A DNA stretch of 64,000 nt from Botryllus schlosseri (taxonomy: Eukaryota): NCBI GenBank assembly GCA_051294905.1, contig CM119372.1, forward strand, positions 38,752,001 through 38,816,000. Direction: 5' to 3'. Both the position numbers and the translations under genes were made by a program. Positions 12,381 to 25,989 of this stretch are shown here, piece after piece (position 1 is the stretch's first letter; each line of letters opens with the position of its first letter). Below the pieces are notes generated by a model. That model was not told where the DNA came from and did no database searches. It saw nothing but the letters and a program-made list of their open reading frames with translations.

Positions 12381-14871
12381 CAGCGTTGGGATGACTCGAG
12401 TCAGACTCGGGTCAACTTTTCGTATGACTTGACTTGACTCGAATCACTTTGCTGAAATGACTTGACTTGACCTGACTCGGAGTATCAGAAATGTGGATTG
12501 ACTCGTGACTCGGAGCAAAATTCACGACTCTTTTCCAGTCATAAAGTAATCGCGGTGTCGATAAAAATCACTGTATCTTTAATATGGTCGGATTGTTCGC
12601 GAAACGCTGGTATAACCAGTGAGAGCGACCAATCATTCAATGATCGTGCGTTTTACCAAGCCTCCTTTGTTCCTTCACAAATAAATCATCCGTAAACGAA
12701 GTGATCGAAGCTTACGTTGTCGTAACCTAGTAGGCCTATAGCAAAGTAATTTATTAGGCAAATGTCTATTTCTGTTGTCTGTTCTTACCTCAACCAGACC
12801 CCATGTTTTATTGAAATTTAATTCGAGGATATTCATCAAGTCTTCAACCATTGGCGATAATATATTCCATCTTATTAACACTAGAACGAACAAGAGTTTT
12901 TTTTGACGAATTTTTAGTTTTGAAGAGCTGGCATTCAGTCAAATCCTACGCTGTTCGGCTGAAACTTCTTGACTTTTATTTATTTTATGTAGGCCACCTT
13001 ATCCATGATTTTCATCACTCATCCAGTACAAATAAAAAAGTTACGCACAGAACTACCTAGACCTACCGAGTGGCTTTTTTGACGCATTACCGTTTTTCTA
13101 CCTTAAGGCATCGCAGTTTCATTTTCTTGAAAGTGGTTATGTATCTGATAAACGCAGAAAAGTCGTTTGTACCAACAGAATTTTGTTAATATCGACTTGG
13201 TCTAACTGTGTTAACAACAACATCCCCTTTGATAGAAGACCGTGGATCTTCCTCATTCCGAGTCACCAAAGCTCTGTAATATTATATTTCTGAAGCTCAG
13301 CGTGTTACAGAACATGACATTTGAAATGTAAGCTTCCATTAGATCAAGCCAGCATCTGTATTGTCCATACTAAAATACTAGGGATGTACACGGGCAAAGG
13401 GCCTTTGTTCTGGTCTACGAGTCGGATCTTTGGGGGAGCGGGAGCTGGATCTAGTAAATTGAATGCATATGAGGACTGAGGGCATCAGTGCATTATGTTT
13501 AGTCAGACCCTCTCGAGGAACAGGTATCTGGAAGTCATGAGCTTTCTATTGACATAAGGAGTAAAATAAACGTGTAGACTCGATAAAGATAATATTGTTT
13601 TCGTTCATTACATGGTCTAAATGCCAGCAAATAGTTGGGGTAAAATGTCAGATGGTGGACGTTGATACAAGGGCGTCTCATATTTAGGCAAGGATAGGAC
13701 AGGACACCTCTTCTATAATCTAAACATTTGCCAAGCATAGCAATGTGAAGAGTCTGATGTATTCCATCTTGAAACAATGTTCCGTGAACGTGGCTGTATA
13801 CGCATGGAGAAGCAAACGTATTCCCAGTTGACACTATTGTTAAAAGTTGCTTGAAGCTACCCAGGACCAGAACGAACACAGGCAGCTTCATGTAGCCACA
13901 CTTTTCAAAGTTATCATCTTGTTGAAAAGCGTAACGGCGAGATGCCAGTGTAGAGATCGAAGTTGTACACATATATATTGAGTTCACTCCTACCGGAGGT
14001 ATCTGTTTCCTTCAGAAACAACACAAAAAGAAACCAGTGACGGTTAAATGTTATAACGAAGCAAAACCAGGGGGATAAGATTGGCCAGCTTGCAAAGCAG
14101 TATTCTATGAAGGTACCAACAAGTCGACGATGGTCAGTGCATGTTTTCTTAGAATGTGAATGATCTTCTACTTGCCAAAACGCCAATACCATAAAAATAT
14201 GCAAATTGAGGATTAGTTGCGAGATTGCATTATGCAAATCTTATCTGATAAGCTTTGTGATATGTCAGCAATAACCAAGAATGGTGATGTGGCTAAAGCG
14301 GATCTGGAACCTACTCCAAATTTTTAAAGAACGTGCTCAAATACCAAATGCGCACCAGAACAGCACTTATATGTTACACCAAAAACGGCGATTTGATAAA
14401 TAAGTGTTGCACTAAGATGTGTCTGAAATATTGCAAGTAGCTGTGAGCGCAATAAATAATGGTTTCTGATGCCGTTTTTTGAGAATTTTGCTGATTTTAC
14501 TTGCGTAGTTTAGGAGCACTGCGTATATGTGAGAAATGCAGCTTCTTCTTGCCTGTATATTTAACTCTATGTTCGTTCATAGGTTCAGATTCAATGACCA
14601 CTCAATCTATATTTCAGACAGTTGGCAAAATTCAATGACGTAATCATGCCTCATACTTCGAAAAGGCAACTTGACTTGATTTGTGACTTGACTCGTGACT
14701 TGACTTGACTTGACTTGACTCGACTTGACTCGAGTCACCTGCGAAAATCGAGTGACTTGATTTGATTCGAGTCACCTTCGAAAATCAATTGACTTGACTT
14801 GACTCGAGTCAAAATGTGCAATGACTCGAAATGACTCGTGACTCGAAGGTAGTGACTTGATCCCAACACTG
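12381..14871. mobile_element. hAT-type element with GACTT/GACTCG subterminal arrays
   Basis: TIR cagcgttgggat/atcccaacactg; perfect TSD caggaatc. Confidence 0.9.
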
Positions 14872-16762
14872 CAGGAATCCCTGTCATGTGAACTCACAGT
14901 AACGACACTCAATAATGATGGATTGCTTCCGCGTCGTTGTGTCGAACTAAACGGTAATTTGCCATGTCTTACAGAAGCACATGTTCGGGAACTGGGATTC
15001 ATGGAACACTACAAGGTATCTATTTTGCGATCTACCTGCTACCGTTTACATCAGGAGTTCTCAAACAGGGATACGCGAGCAATTTCATTTTCCTGGTCAC
15101 GTGCCAATTTTCTGCAAGAGCGATTTTACCCGTTATTTCACCAGCCTGAAAAAATACAGGCCTACCAAATGCATCGTCTGTTAGGACTGAAACTACCTCG
15201 CTTTTACATTGCCGTGTACCGTGACTATTGTTTTGATCTGATGGAAATTTCAATATAATGACTCTGACTCCTACCCTCATCTACATTAGCTGTAGTGAAT
15301 TTCTGTTTCTGTGCTGCCTCTGTGATGAGATTTACTAGGTTGCTTTCCGTAGATCCCGGATCAGTTCGGTCACTAAAGAAATCAGTGTTGGAAATCTAAC
15401 AATTAATATCCTTATTTGTGGACCTAGGGATATAGGAATATGAGATCACGTAGTTCGTTTTTGTAAAAGGTGCATTCGATGTGAAATCATCACCAACGCT
15501 CTCCATATATTTTCATTGACATGCGATATAAAGTTTTCCAACGAATTAGTGATAACGAAAAGAATTTTTAGCCAGCGATGCTTACTGCACTCACATTTAC
15601 AAATACTTGTACAACGAGTAGGCCCCATGATGAATTTTTCAGAACTAGATTCATCACAATGACTTACAATGCTATTTGAAGAGAAATAGACTGGGGCGAT
15701 TTTATAGTGTCTGTAAAACTAACGTGTATGGAGCTTCCAATGAATTATATTAACCTGAAAAGGCTGTAAGTCCAACGTCGTTTGTATGAGCAATAAACAA
15801 AACAGCTTTTTGTCGATGTTATGTTGTAGGTGTGTTTGGCAACTGGAATGTTGGCCAAGTGGCCGTTGTGTGAAAAGGTTGGGGTAACACTGATCGAAAT
15901 AAAGCATATAGAATGATATTGTCAATATGAAATCGAAATGCTAGAATGTAATAGTCTACACACTTAGTATATTTACAATGAATAACCTCGCTTCAATTGA
16001 TATCCGGCACTAGGATATCTTGTCTGCAATGCGCCCGGACATATCAACTTTGTATGATAATGACAGGATTATTGTGTCTCAAATAAGACATGCACTTACA
16101 GCGCACATTTCAGATATGGATTCCATGAGGAACTGGATGCCGATTTCCTGTTAAAACGGGGATTGAAAACGCCCAAATTTGTGCACGCCTTCTCTCACGC
16201 TATATTTTGATAACCCCTGCAGCAAAGTATAGGCCTATAGCCGTGGTCGTGTCGAATATATCCTAAGCACGCTGGGAGAGCAGCATATATTTGAACCAAT
16301 TGGAATTATAAGAGCTTCTTGGAGGTACAGAACTTCAGTATACAATTAAATAGGATATTCATATTGAAATGAAACCCGAATATTTTCGACTGACACTCGT
16401 CAGGGGTAATCGTCAGCACCTAGTAGAGAATAAGAAAAAACATTGTATATCAACAATCGTATCACAAAATATGACATCACCAGCATGAAACTTCAAATGA
16501 GAGAGCGTTCAGTGCACTATTCCCAGGTGGTACACGAACTCCTTCTGTTGACAGAGTTTCGGTTGGTGTACTTTGATAGAAGTCGACTCGAAGGCACACA
16601 AGTGGAAGTGTGAACGCCCCTCCCAATAACGCGAAATTTGTCGTCTCTATAATTATTCGCACCAATCGGATTATCCAACAGATGTTTGCCGATTGCAGAA
16701 TTAATGGCCTTCGATCGGTCAGCATCAAGCTTGAGTGAATGAGTTAAGGGTGAGCTTTTCAC

Positions 16763-16960
16763 CAGGGCTTTGGAGCCGGAGCCCGAAGCCGTGCATTTTT
16801 ACCGGGGCTGGAGCCGGAGCCGGAGCTCTACATAAAATTCAGCCGGAGCCGGAGCTGGAGCCAGTTATTTGAGGGGTAGCTCCGGCTCCTACGTATTTCA
16901 TAAGATGTTATTATATGTGCAACAACCATATCTGCTGATTTCACATAATTCAACAGCAGG
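16763..16960. mobile_element. Single end of the GGAGCC-repeat hAT family
   Basis: Reverse complement of the 58350-58548 end; other end not found. Confidence 0.7.
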
Positions 16961-18582
16961 CCTTCGCGAAATTAAGAATCTTTTCCTCTTTGGCGCTACC
17001 TTTTCCGACTAAGCATGTTCCTGTGGATTTAACAGCAGAGCAGTCATATGTTTAATGTTCAATTTCCATACAGGAGTGCCGAACCTCGCGGTACGCGAAA
17101 TATGCCTGTGAATATTGTGGGTATTCGGCATACCCGCAATTTCATCATCAGCATAACCTTGTTGGCCAATTGTACGGTTCGAAAATAATGATCACCATGT
17201 ATTACGCGAAATGGGAGAGAGCCTAGCACTTCGAGCGAGTACAGGAAGATACACGAAGTCTTAAACTTATCCCATATTACCATTCAGGACCGGATTATGT
17301 TCTGTCATGTTATGTCACCCTCTGTCAGGCCTCGATATCACAGCCTCCATGTTGATGATGACCTTCTTTTTAGTCATTAGCTTCCCAAATTCTATCAAGA
17401 ATTTGGATGTCCATTTCTTTCAGAGTTCAACGGAAACCTTGCCAGTATACCGCATTTTCTAGCGGCACCCCACAAGAGTACAATCGACAACCAGGTTTAA
17501 AACAACTTCTTTGAAGACTCACAATAAGATTGCTGATAATTTGCGTGCAGAGAGGCAGACTGGTTTGCTAAAAGATCGATTTATTAAAACAAGTCTTGTC
17601 GTGACTACATTGTTATATCGTTGCGAAGTTGATATGTGGCAGGTGCATTATTTCCAATGACAATACATGATACTAATTCACTTCATACATTTTAATTAAT
17701 GTTACAACAGTAATATGTTAATGCAACACTCAAAGCTTGGACCAACGTATTTTGTCGGTTCCCGATCTCGGTATCTGTCGATCAAGAATTTATTCACGCA
17801 TGTCCAATTTCTAGTAAAAAAACTGTGTGTATACTTTTGTGATTGTCGAGAGGCCTCTAGGCAATGTTCTAATATCGTCGATAATGTTAAATGAGTTTCC
17901 AACCTTGGATGATCACTTGGTAGTATTGATTGCAATCGTCGTTAGCTGCAATGTACTATGCGATAGCGGGATCAATTCTGGATAAATGTGCGAGGCCAAA
18001 ACTAACAGCCCTTTGGTTTGCCGCTCTTGCTATACTATTCCGCTCAGAGCATTTGCAATCTGTCTCCAGCAGACATGGGGTGATTACTTTATGAATGTAA
18101 TCGATTGCGATTACGATTACTTCGGAATCACGCGATTACGATTACGATTACGATTACAGCAAAATCAGGAAGTAGTCGATTACGATTACGATTACATTGA
18201 AAAAGTAATCACGATTACTCACGATTACATTTGTTTTGCTTAGGACTATAATCTTAAATGATATATGGGAAGGCAATACAAGGATTGCGATGAAAATGCT
18301 TAATGAGATATCAACTTTCTTCATACATCATGCGTCATTTGCTTATTACGTCATGATATATCAATTGCACAACTTTATAGTGGATGATTTATCGCATCCA
18401 ACGATTTGCATTATTGCCAGGTCTTTACCTGCCGCGCCCCAAATTCCTTAATAGAGTGGGGAGCGTGCTCGAAGGGGACTCAAAAGTATTTCGTAAACCA
18501 ACATATATTATAGAGCATTTTCGAGAATATAATTAATTCTTGTAAATGTTTTTCGAGCTTTGCGATTCAAATATGTCTGGTA

Positions 18583-19519
18583 CAGGGGTCACCAACGCGG
18601 ACCAAATGAGTCGCCCGCGGTCGCTGTAGTAGTGGTGGCTTTTGGGGTGGGCGAGGTGGGCGGTCGCCAGGGGGGGCTGGCCGAAGGGCTCCCCTATTTG
18701 GATTATGCGCTTTTTTATAGGATAATAACGAATAAACATGGAAATCCGTGTAAGGCAAGAATAGGATTCCGTACAGATGTGTCAATCATCATCAAATCTC
18801 TGCATTTGTTAGAAAAGTACCATATCCCGATAATCATCACGTCTCTGCATGCGGTAGAATTACTTAGTTCCAATGTCGTCTATCTTTGCACACATGAAAA
18901 AATAGACATGGCTGAATCCAGCACCTGGCCAAACCATGATAGATAGATAATAATAACAGATGCGAAAGACGGGTCTGGGGGGCGAAGCCCCCCATAAGTT
19001 ACGGATAGATACTTATAGGGCGGCCCCCGGTAAGTCTCGCCCAGCCCCCCCCCCATTCGTATGGCCACCACTGCGATGTAGCAAATATCCAAATGAGAGA
19101 TTTGATAGTTGAAGCTCGTTTCATATGAGCAGCAGTTGAACATGGGTCGGGTGACGCTAAGGAACATACGAACGCAGTCGCTCGGAGCATTGCTTGTCTT
19201 CGCCCACGCGGCGGCTCAACGGGAATCTATATAGTTAATATTCCCGAGTCTAGACGCGGAGATCGGCGCTTCTGCGCGCACTGCAGCAACGCAACTGAGC
19301 TTGGAGGCGCTGGTGTGAGTCCCTGCGAGTGAGCGTTTTTTTTTTCTTGGTAAGGGGCGGAAACCCGGCCCAGTGCTCTGATTGTCTTACTCTAAGTGAA
19401 GAAATCCAACTGAACATGGATAAACGACGGGAGTACGTGGTAACCCGTCGGTCGTCGCAATAATCAGTACACACTACACAAGAAGTAGCTTTTTGTTTCA
19501 AAACAGTTGGTGACCCCTG
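18583..19519. mobile_element. Nested hAT-type MITE
   Basis: TIR caggggtcaccaac/gttggtgacccctg; TSD degenerate. Confidence 0.75.
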
Positions 19520-20324
19520 CTCCAGTAGATAACTGGGTTTGAAATGCATACCTCTTTCCCTCAAGAAAAAACATACATAGGCTATGTTTTATGGGAGCAG
19601 GCATTTCGTAGCCGGTCATTACCGCGCCACGATCCCACAACACACCAAAACATATAAGCAGTTTCGGCCAACACGCAACTCTACGGGATGTGATACCAAA
19701 GCAATACCTTGGCCGAAACTTAGGGTATTTGTCCATTGTCAATAGCCGCGCTGAGTGGGCGGGACTAATAACTCCTGTCCTTCCAATCTGGTCCCACAAT
19801 GCAAATGTCACCCGACGCATCCACAAAGGAATAAAGCCATGACAATTTGTGTGTGCGTCTCACAAAAGATATTCTTTTAGTCTGCTACGTTTGGGCGAGT
19901 ACAATATCTTGTGATTATACAACAGACTGGAGGTCGCGAATAACAACATACAGTAATTATAACAACATACCAGATGCTATGAATATGAATTACATGCCCC
20001 AGCTTTACAGGTAAATCTGTCACTCGGGGCTCAGAGAGGTTATAAATGAATAGTAATATAATGCAATTACCAATATTATTGACGAAATTCACTTTTGAAA
20101 ATTGACCAACGGTTGGACAGGGGAATTGCTGTTTTGGCTGAATTGCTGATTCTAGCTACAACCCACGCTAACATGTCAGGCTATATAAGCGGATGGTTAT
20201 GGCGGCAGGTCCAAATGCTAAGTAACGAACTGTGAAATAAGGATTGACGCCCGTTTCAAGTAGTTATAAGAGAATAAGATATGGTTAACATAAAAATTCT
20301 GCCTTCAACTTAATACATATACAG

Positions 20325-21184
20325 CAGTGGTCGGGAACGTATGGCTCGCGAGCCATATATGGCTCTTTTGGGTATAAGATATGGCTCTTTGACATATTAT
20401 TAATTTTGTACCTAATTTTATAAATATTGCAGCAACTTGGTAGTAAATTTTCTTACGGCCAGAATAATTATTCTCGTCGCACCATAAACATGTATTTGAG
20501 AGGTCAAAGTGGTGATATCCAGAGGGAAGGGATCGTACTCCTTCACAAAATCCTCAAATTTAAGTTGCTGCAGCGCCAGCGACCAATACCCCTCGCGAAT
20601 TCGATGTAGCCGGCATCGCGCGCTGCATCATCCTGGGTTGCACCATACGTTCGTTAATCAAGAATAGCAGACATGGGGACGCCTATTTGACAATCTAGCT
20701 TTCTAACACGCATTGTCTTCCTGATGTACGCCGAGAAATGAACTGCCTTTGAATTGACAGTCCAATTACAAATTCAAATTACAAACAATGCTTCGCTATA
20801 TGCACGTCCAAATTGATAAGTAGCTTTCTAGTAGCCTACTGCCATTACAATGTAGGCGTGTAGTGCAGCGTTAATGTTACCGCCGAATTGAGAAGTCGAT
20901 CAATATATATTTTCGGAATCAGTGCTAAAGTTAGATTAATATCAGTTATTATAAATTGTGAGTAATCTACGATGAATTGCGCTATCAAAGGATGATTCGT
21001 AGCCTACGAGTTTTTGCAGAGAAAATATGGTGCCCATGTAGTGAGTTCGAATTACTACAAACATGACGTCACATATTTTCAATTATGACGTAACAATTGA
21101 CTGACATATATGGCTCTTTGGGAGTTAAAATGGAAAATATAGGTCTAACATGGCTCTCCCGACGAAAAAGGTTCCCGACCACTG
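20325..21184. mobile_element. Nested hAT (Charlie-like) MITE
   Basis: TIR cagtggtcgggaac/gttcccgaccactg; perfect TSD atatacag. Confidence 0.9.
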
Positions 21185-22061
21185 ATATACAGCTGCTGTT
21201 ACGAGAAACGGCTAAGCACGGCTAGGTTATGATATATATCAGCAGCTGTTTATTTGTAATGCTTCGTTGTGGAAACTGCAATGTCTTATTCGACGAGTAC
21301 AAAATTCCGAATCTTCGTCAGGTGCACGTGCGTACTGCGTACGTAGGCCTCCTGCTCGCCAAGCAGCAATGGTAAACTGCGTTTAACTAAGCACAACCAA
21401 ACATTAATACATAAGTTACTATTTGAAACTATAGGCAGAGTGGTGATCAATATCCTGCTGCGAGGTAGCGGCTTCTGTAGTGTATGGATAACCTGATATA
21501 CACCACGGGAGGTGTTCTTACAATCACACTACAATGTCCATCGCATGTCTGTTTACTATGTGTGGATACTTGTTACGCAATGACGAGCGGAGCTAATACT
21601 TCTGACGTAATAATGAGTCAGTGGCGTTTGAAAACAGACGTTTGTGCTAACGCTAACGTGGTATATTATCTCATTCTTGTTCACGAATATTCAGTTCATG
21701 TCATAGTCCTTGTACAAACAAAAAGTAATCGTTCTTTCACAAACAAATCGATTAGATATGGGAAGTAGTCGATTACGATTACGATTACTTCGGATTTTTT
21801 TCGAATGTAATCGATTGCGATTACGATTACTTCAAAATGCTGTAATCGTCGTAATCGATTACGATTACTAATCGCGATTACCCCATGTCTGGTCTCCAGG
21901 TTCATTCCATAGTCGGTGTTTGGGCTGGTTTCCTGACGTTGTTGGGTGCCAGAGATGGGGTCCTAGTTTGCTGCACGCACCGTTTAACTGGCATTACCGA
22001 ATACCTGAGTTCCATGCGTATCAAGGCCTATATTTTACCTATGGTGATGTTAGCTCTAGCA

Positions 22062-23151
22062 TAAGGTTGCAATGTGTCCGGAATTTCCCGGACATGTCCG
22101 AAATTTCACTGTTCAAGCTAGCGTCCGGGAGGAAATTCTAAAATATGCCAAATGTCCGGAATTTTGAAAAATTGACGTAGGCTCATAATTTTTTCGTAAA
22201 TCAACATAAAAACATTATTTTTGGCACTATTTATGCTGCTGCATGATATTTTTCTTCGCGCTGCGCGCGATTTACTATCGTATTTATTGATTTTAATATA
22301 GAGACTACCAAGCTCGCAAAAACTGCTATAAAATAAAAATAAAAACGACCTTCATTTACTGCAATAAGCCTAATTGTTATCGCAATTATAGGAGAATGGT
22401 ATATTACTAGAGATCGTTAAGGCCGTTTAAATGCTTTATTCAAAGATAGTGGTTCCGAACGATGGGGTCGTTTACCTTTATTCTGGGGTTTGCGAGTATG
22501 TTCAACGTAATCAGCTTTCAAAATAGTCAGTAAGTCTTTTAGTAATCAGCTCGTCAAATTTTGATCTGGGCCACGGAACATTTTAAGATTGGGGTTGGAG
22601 TTGCGACCATAAAAGGTTGGAACCCACTGGATCCGGGATGTTTATAAAGCTCCGTGGTGCGCAGCGGCACAAGGTTGATAAAAAAGGACGTGAACATGAC
22701 TTAACGATGTACAATTATGCTCCCTGCATTTTCGAACTCATAATTCTGCACCAGCTCTACCGCTAACTCTGATCACGTGGACGGAGAGTAGTATCGATAT
22801 AGTAATATATGGAACAACCAATATTATTGACAAAATTCATTCAAAAAATTGAGCGACCAGATGTGTATAGAAACTAGATTCACATAGCAAGCACCCCCTC
22901 CCCACCAGAAGTTAAAAATTACCCCATAGTGGGGGCTCAAAAGCATTGTTCATTTGTGCGGGACGGGGCTGAAAACATGTGCTTTCGGTCCCGGTTACAC
23001 AGAACACAGCCACATACTCCTGAACCGGATCGTCCCCACCTCTGGTCCATGAGCAAAGCTTTGCTAGTGTGACGTCATAATTCATTTTCAAATTCACTAG
23101 TGGGCGCTGAAGAGTGTCCGGAATTTGGGTCGCAGAAATATGGTAACCCTA
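22062..23151. mobile_element. hAT Blackjack-like non-autonomous element; inverted copy at 41087-42222
   Basis: TIR taaggttgcaat/atggtaacccta; perfect TSD ctctagca; TCCGG subterminal repeats. Confidence 0.9.
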
Positions 23152-23592
23152 CTCTAGCATCAATACGGACCTTACATCTGATGAGAATATTATGCGAGAT
23201 TTCAACTCAGTCCAGCAGCTGATTCTGAAGTTGTCATAAAATGCCCTTCCTAAGAGTGGCATTGCACAAAATGTGTACTAATTGAGCATAACCGGAGCGT
23301 TTACTACGGAGTTGTAAGTCGCTTATATTCAAATCCTACTTTCTTAGATTCAAAAAGCATAATTTGCATGGCATATGACATGACCTCTTAAACAAATGTT
23401 TTATTTCTTCGCAATTGATTGTAATTCTAGGCACTTTTCACAGATGCTTGATAGACAGATCATGAAGGCAACAGGCTTTACGAATTACGACTACACGCAT
23501 TCACCAGTCACTCTTAATTCAGAGACATCTTCTGATCGGTGCAAGGGTCTGGTATCAGCGAAAACCTACCGTCGACGTATGGATGGTACGAC

Positions 23593-24754
23593 CAGGACTT
23601 TGGAGCAGTCGTAAATTTCAAGCTGCTCCAGTTCCGGAGCCCTCTTCTATGATGAATTAGTTCCGGCTCCAAGCTCCTGAGCACATTGATACCACTGCTC
23701 CGGCTCCGGCAACTATGGTTCGGTTGTAGCCGTCGCATCGAACCATCATTTTATGGGGTATGCAAAGTCCTGTAACGTAATGATTACTTCGTGTCGTCTG
23801 ACCATGACGTTATACCCGCACGATGTCGCAATTTATTCCATGGTATGGCGTGTAGCCTACACCTACATTTTATACATGATACAGCATTAAAACAGGGACG
23901 TGATGTTTTAATACCGGTACTGCGCTCGTTAATACCAAGCCATACAGTCCAATTTAATTCTAAAATAGTGGGATTTGTTCAGATGTATCTGCAGAAATGA
24001 GCGCATGTCGCGACCTTACCAACAGGAAATCACTTTTTACCAAATATACTCAATGGCTTCAAATTCGATATTGATGCACTCGTTACCAGTCCGTCAATCG
24101 TCGATCAAGTTTATTGGAGTATAGAAGGTTCCCCTTCAAATGAATCGAAAAACTCGAAATTAGTGCCATTGACAATCTGGTGGTGAATCAATATTGAGGA
24201 ACTTAATTCAACGTCGTGCACTGTACAAGTCATTAACCAATTATACGGGAAGCTCGCAAGTGAAATTGCGCGACAATTCAGGAATACGAGTGTATCAAGC
24301 AGACAGAATGAATACACAAAATTGATGACTAGAAATTGGAAAGCGCGCATCCAATTGGTCATCTCACATAAACATGAATCCCGTTTTGTGACATGCATGG
24401 TTTTCATTATTTTTCTAACCACACAATTGGCCATCGGTGCTGTGCTGATTACGAATTTGAAGGTATATCAATAATACGGTAATTACCGAGTAAGCGCGGC
24501 AAATCCAGCCTACCCAGGTTTCGCGTTTGTATATAAACAATTAAACATGGTTACTGGTTAGCTAGAAAACGAGGCAGCAATTCTGAATTTTTTGAACGAT
24601 TATCGTAAAATCATGAGAATTCAGCCATCAGGAAAAGCATAGAACCGACTCCGGCTCCTCTTGAATCTAATGTTGAGCTCCGGCTCCAGCTTCGGTGAAA
24701 ATGCAAGGCTCCGGGGCTCTGGCTCCTGGCTCCGGCTTCGGCTCCAAAGCCCTG
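23593..24754. mobile_element. GGCTCC-repeat hAT-type element
   Basis: TIR caggactttggagc/gctccaaagccctg; TSD ggtacgac/ggtaccac. Confidence 0.85.
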
Positions 24755-24789
24755 GGTACCACTCAATTAGGACATTTAAAATCGTAATA

Positions 24790-25440
24790 TCATAAGGATT
24801 GTTGGCGTTGTTGGAACTTGATCGGCGTCTGAATATTGCTAGATTGATATTGATGAGAGTGTCAATCGGGTTTCTATACTTGCTACCGATATTAACTCAA
24901 ACATGTTAGCCAACACCCCAATCGCACGGATTTGGTTTTTATAATGCTATAAAGATATAAAATCAAGACAGATCCCGTACGTGGACCTCGACTCTTTTCA
25001 GTACACAATTGTAGTTTTTATATCAATTTCCTTGATTGGTGTAATAAACACAATTCGATGACTACCTACATGAAGTGTATTTCGTTCTTGATTTTGTGTA
25101 ATCGCGGGTCAAGCTCACAGCTGAGAGTCGCTAAAGTCGCTAAGGGATAGCTGAATATTTCGATCAGACTTTTGTAACGAAGCAAGTAAAATGTTGACAT
25201 TAGCAAGATCCATGCTCGTTTAATGTTGAATTTATACTGCCAGCGCCATACAATAGTGGTTCGAAGTTGAAATGCACAGAAAATCAACCAAAGATGTTAT
25301 AATCACGTGAAAAATTGTAATTAATGAAAGAGGTTCACAGTGCAGAACTTATACCAAGATTCATTGTGAACGCGAACCTCTAAATTTCCAAGGTTCACTC
25401 ACAGAACGCGAACGCGAACCTCACGTTCACACCACCCCTA
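24790..25440. mobile_element. Partial copy of the GTTCAC family (reference copy 52694-53640); another fragment at about 10810-12000
   Basis: Reverse-complement similarity to 52694-53340; ends gttcacaccaccccta. Confidence 0.75.
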
Positions 25441-25989
25441 ATATCTCGTTTACGTCTTAAATATCCCAAGCGTGCTGTAGACTATTATTCGGCTATGCTT
25501 CGATGACTATCACTCCACAATAAAGTGATAAGAGGAGGCGTCTATACTTTATTCCAATTTCCTTCAGGTAATTCAGACCAGACGTAGGGTAATCGTGATT
25601 AGTATTCGTAATCGATTACGTCGATTACAGCATTTTCAACTAATCGTAATCGCAATCGATTACATTCGAAAAAATTCCGAACTAATCGTAGTCGAAATCG
25701 ACTACTTCCCATAGCTAATCGATTTCTTTGTCAAAGAACGATTACTTTTTATTTGTACAAGGGCTATAACCAGGCCGTGTTATTTTTGGCATTTCAGAAG
25801 CCAGATGACAAAACTACCAAAAATAAAATTTTGGAAATGCCAAAAATAAGCAATTTTTGGCATAAATGCCAAAAATAACACGGCCTGCCAAATAGTGTAT
25901 TTCGTTCATGGTGTTGTGTTAACAAGACCGCGTTACAAGCGAGAAGAGCGTTTGTGAAAGGCGGGTTTCTTAATCTGGGTCCAGACCAC

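Larger units (their letters stand above)
18070..21891. mobile_element. hAT-type element with GATTAC subterminal arrays, with nested MITEs
   Basis: TIR cagacatgggg/ccccatgtctg; perfect TSD gtctccag. Confidence 0.92.

Noticed and set aside
12790..14000. Scattered RWN and LDP words suggesting a hAT transposase inside 12381-14871
   Set aside because: Too degenerate to support without a translated search
14857..15258. 133-aa ORF and nearby splice-like signals
   Set aside because: Starts in a TIR; no recognisable domain or consistent exon chain
18070..18230. GATTAC and similar arrays as CRISPR-like or telomeric repeats
   Set aside because: No repeat-spacer periodicity; they are subterminal arrays inside TIR/TSD-bounded elements
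23975..24180. EFFDSF...CAHFC resembling a Polinton/adenain-type protease
   Set aside because: No HW motif, wrong spacing, several stops, no other Polinton genes
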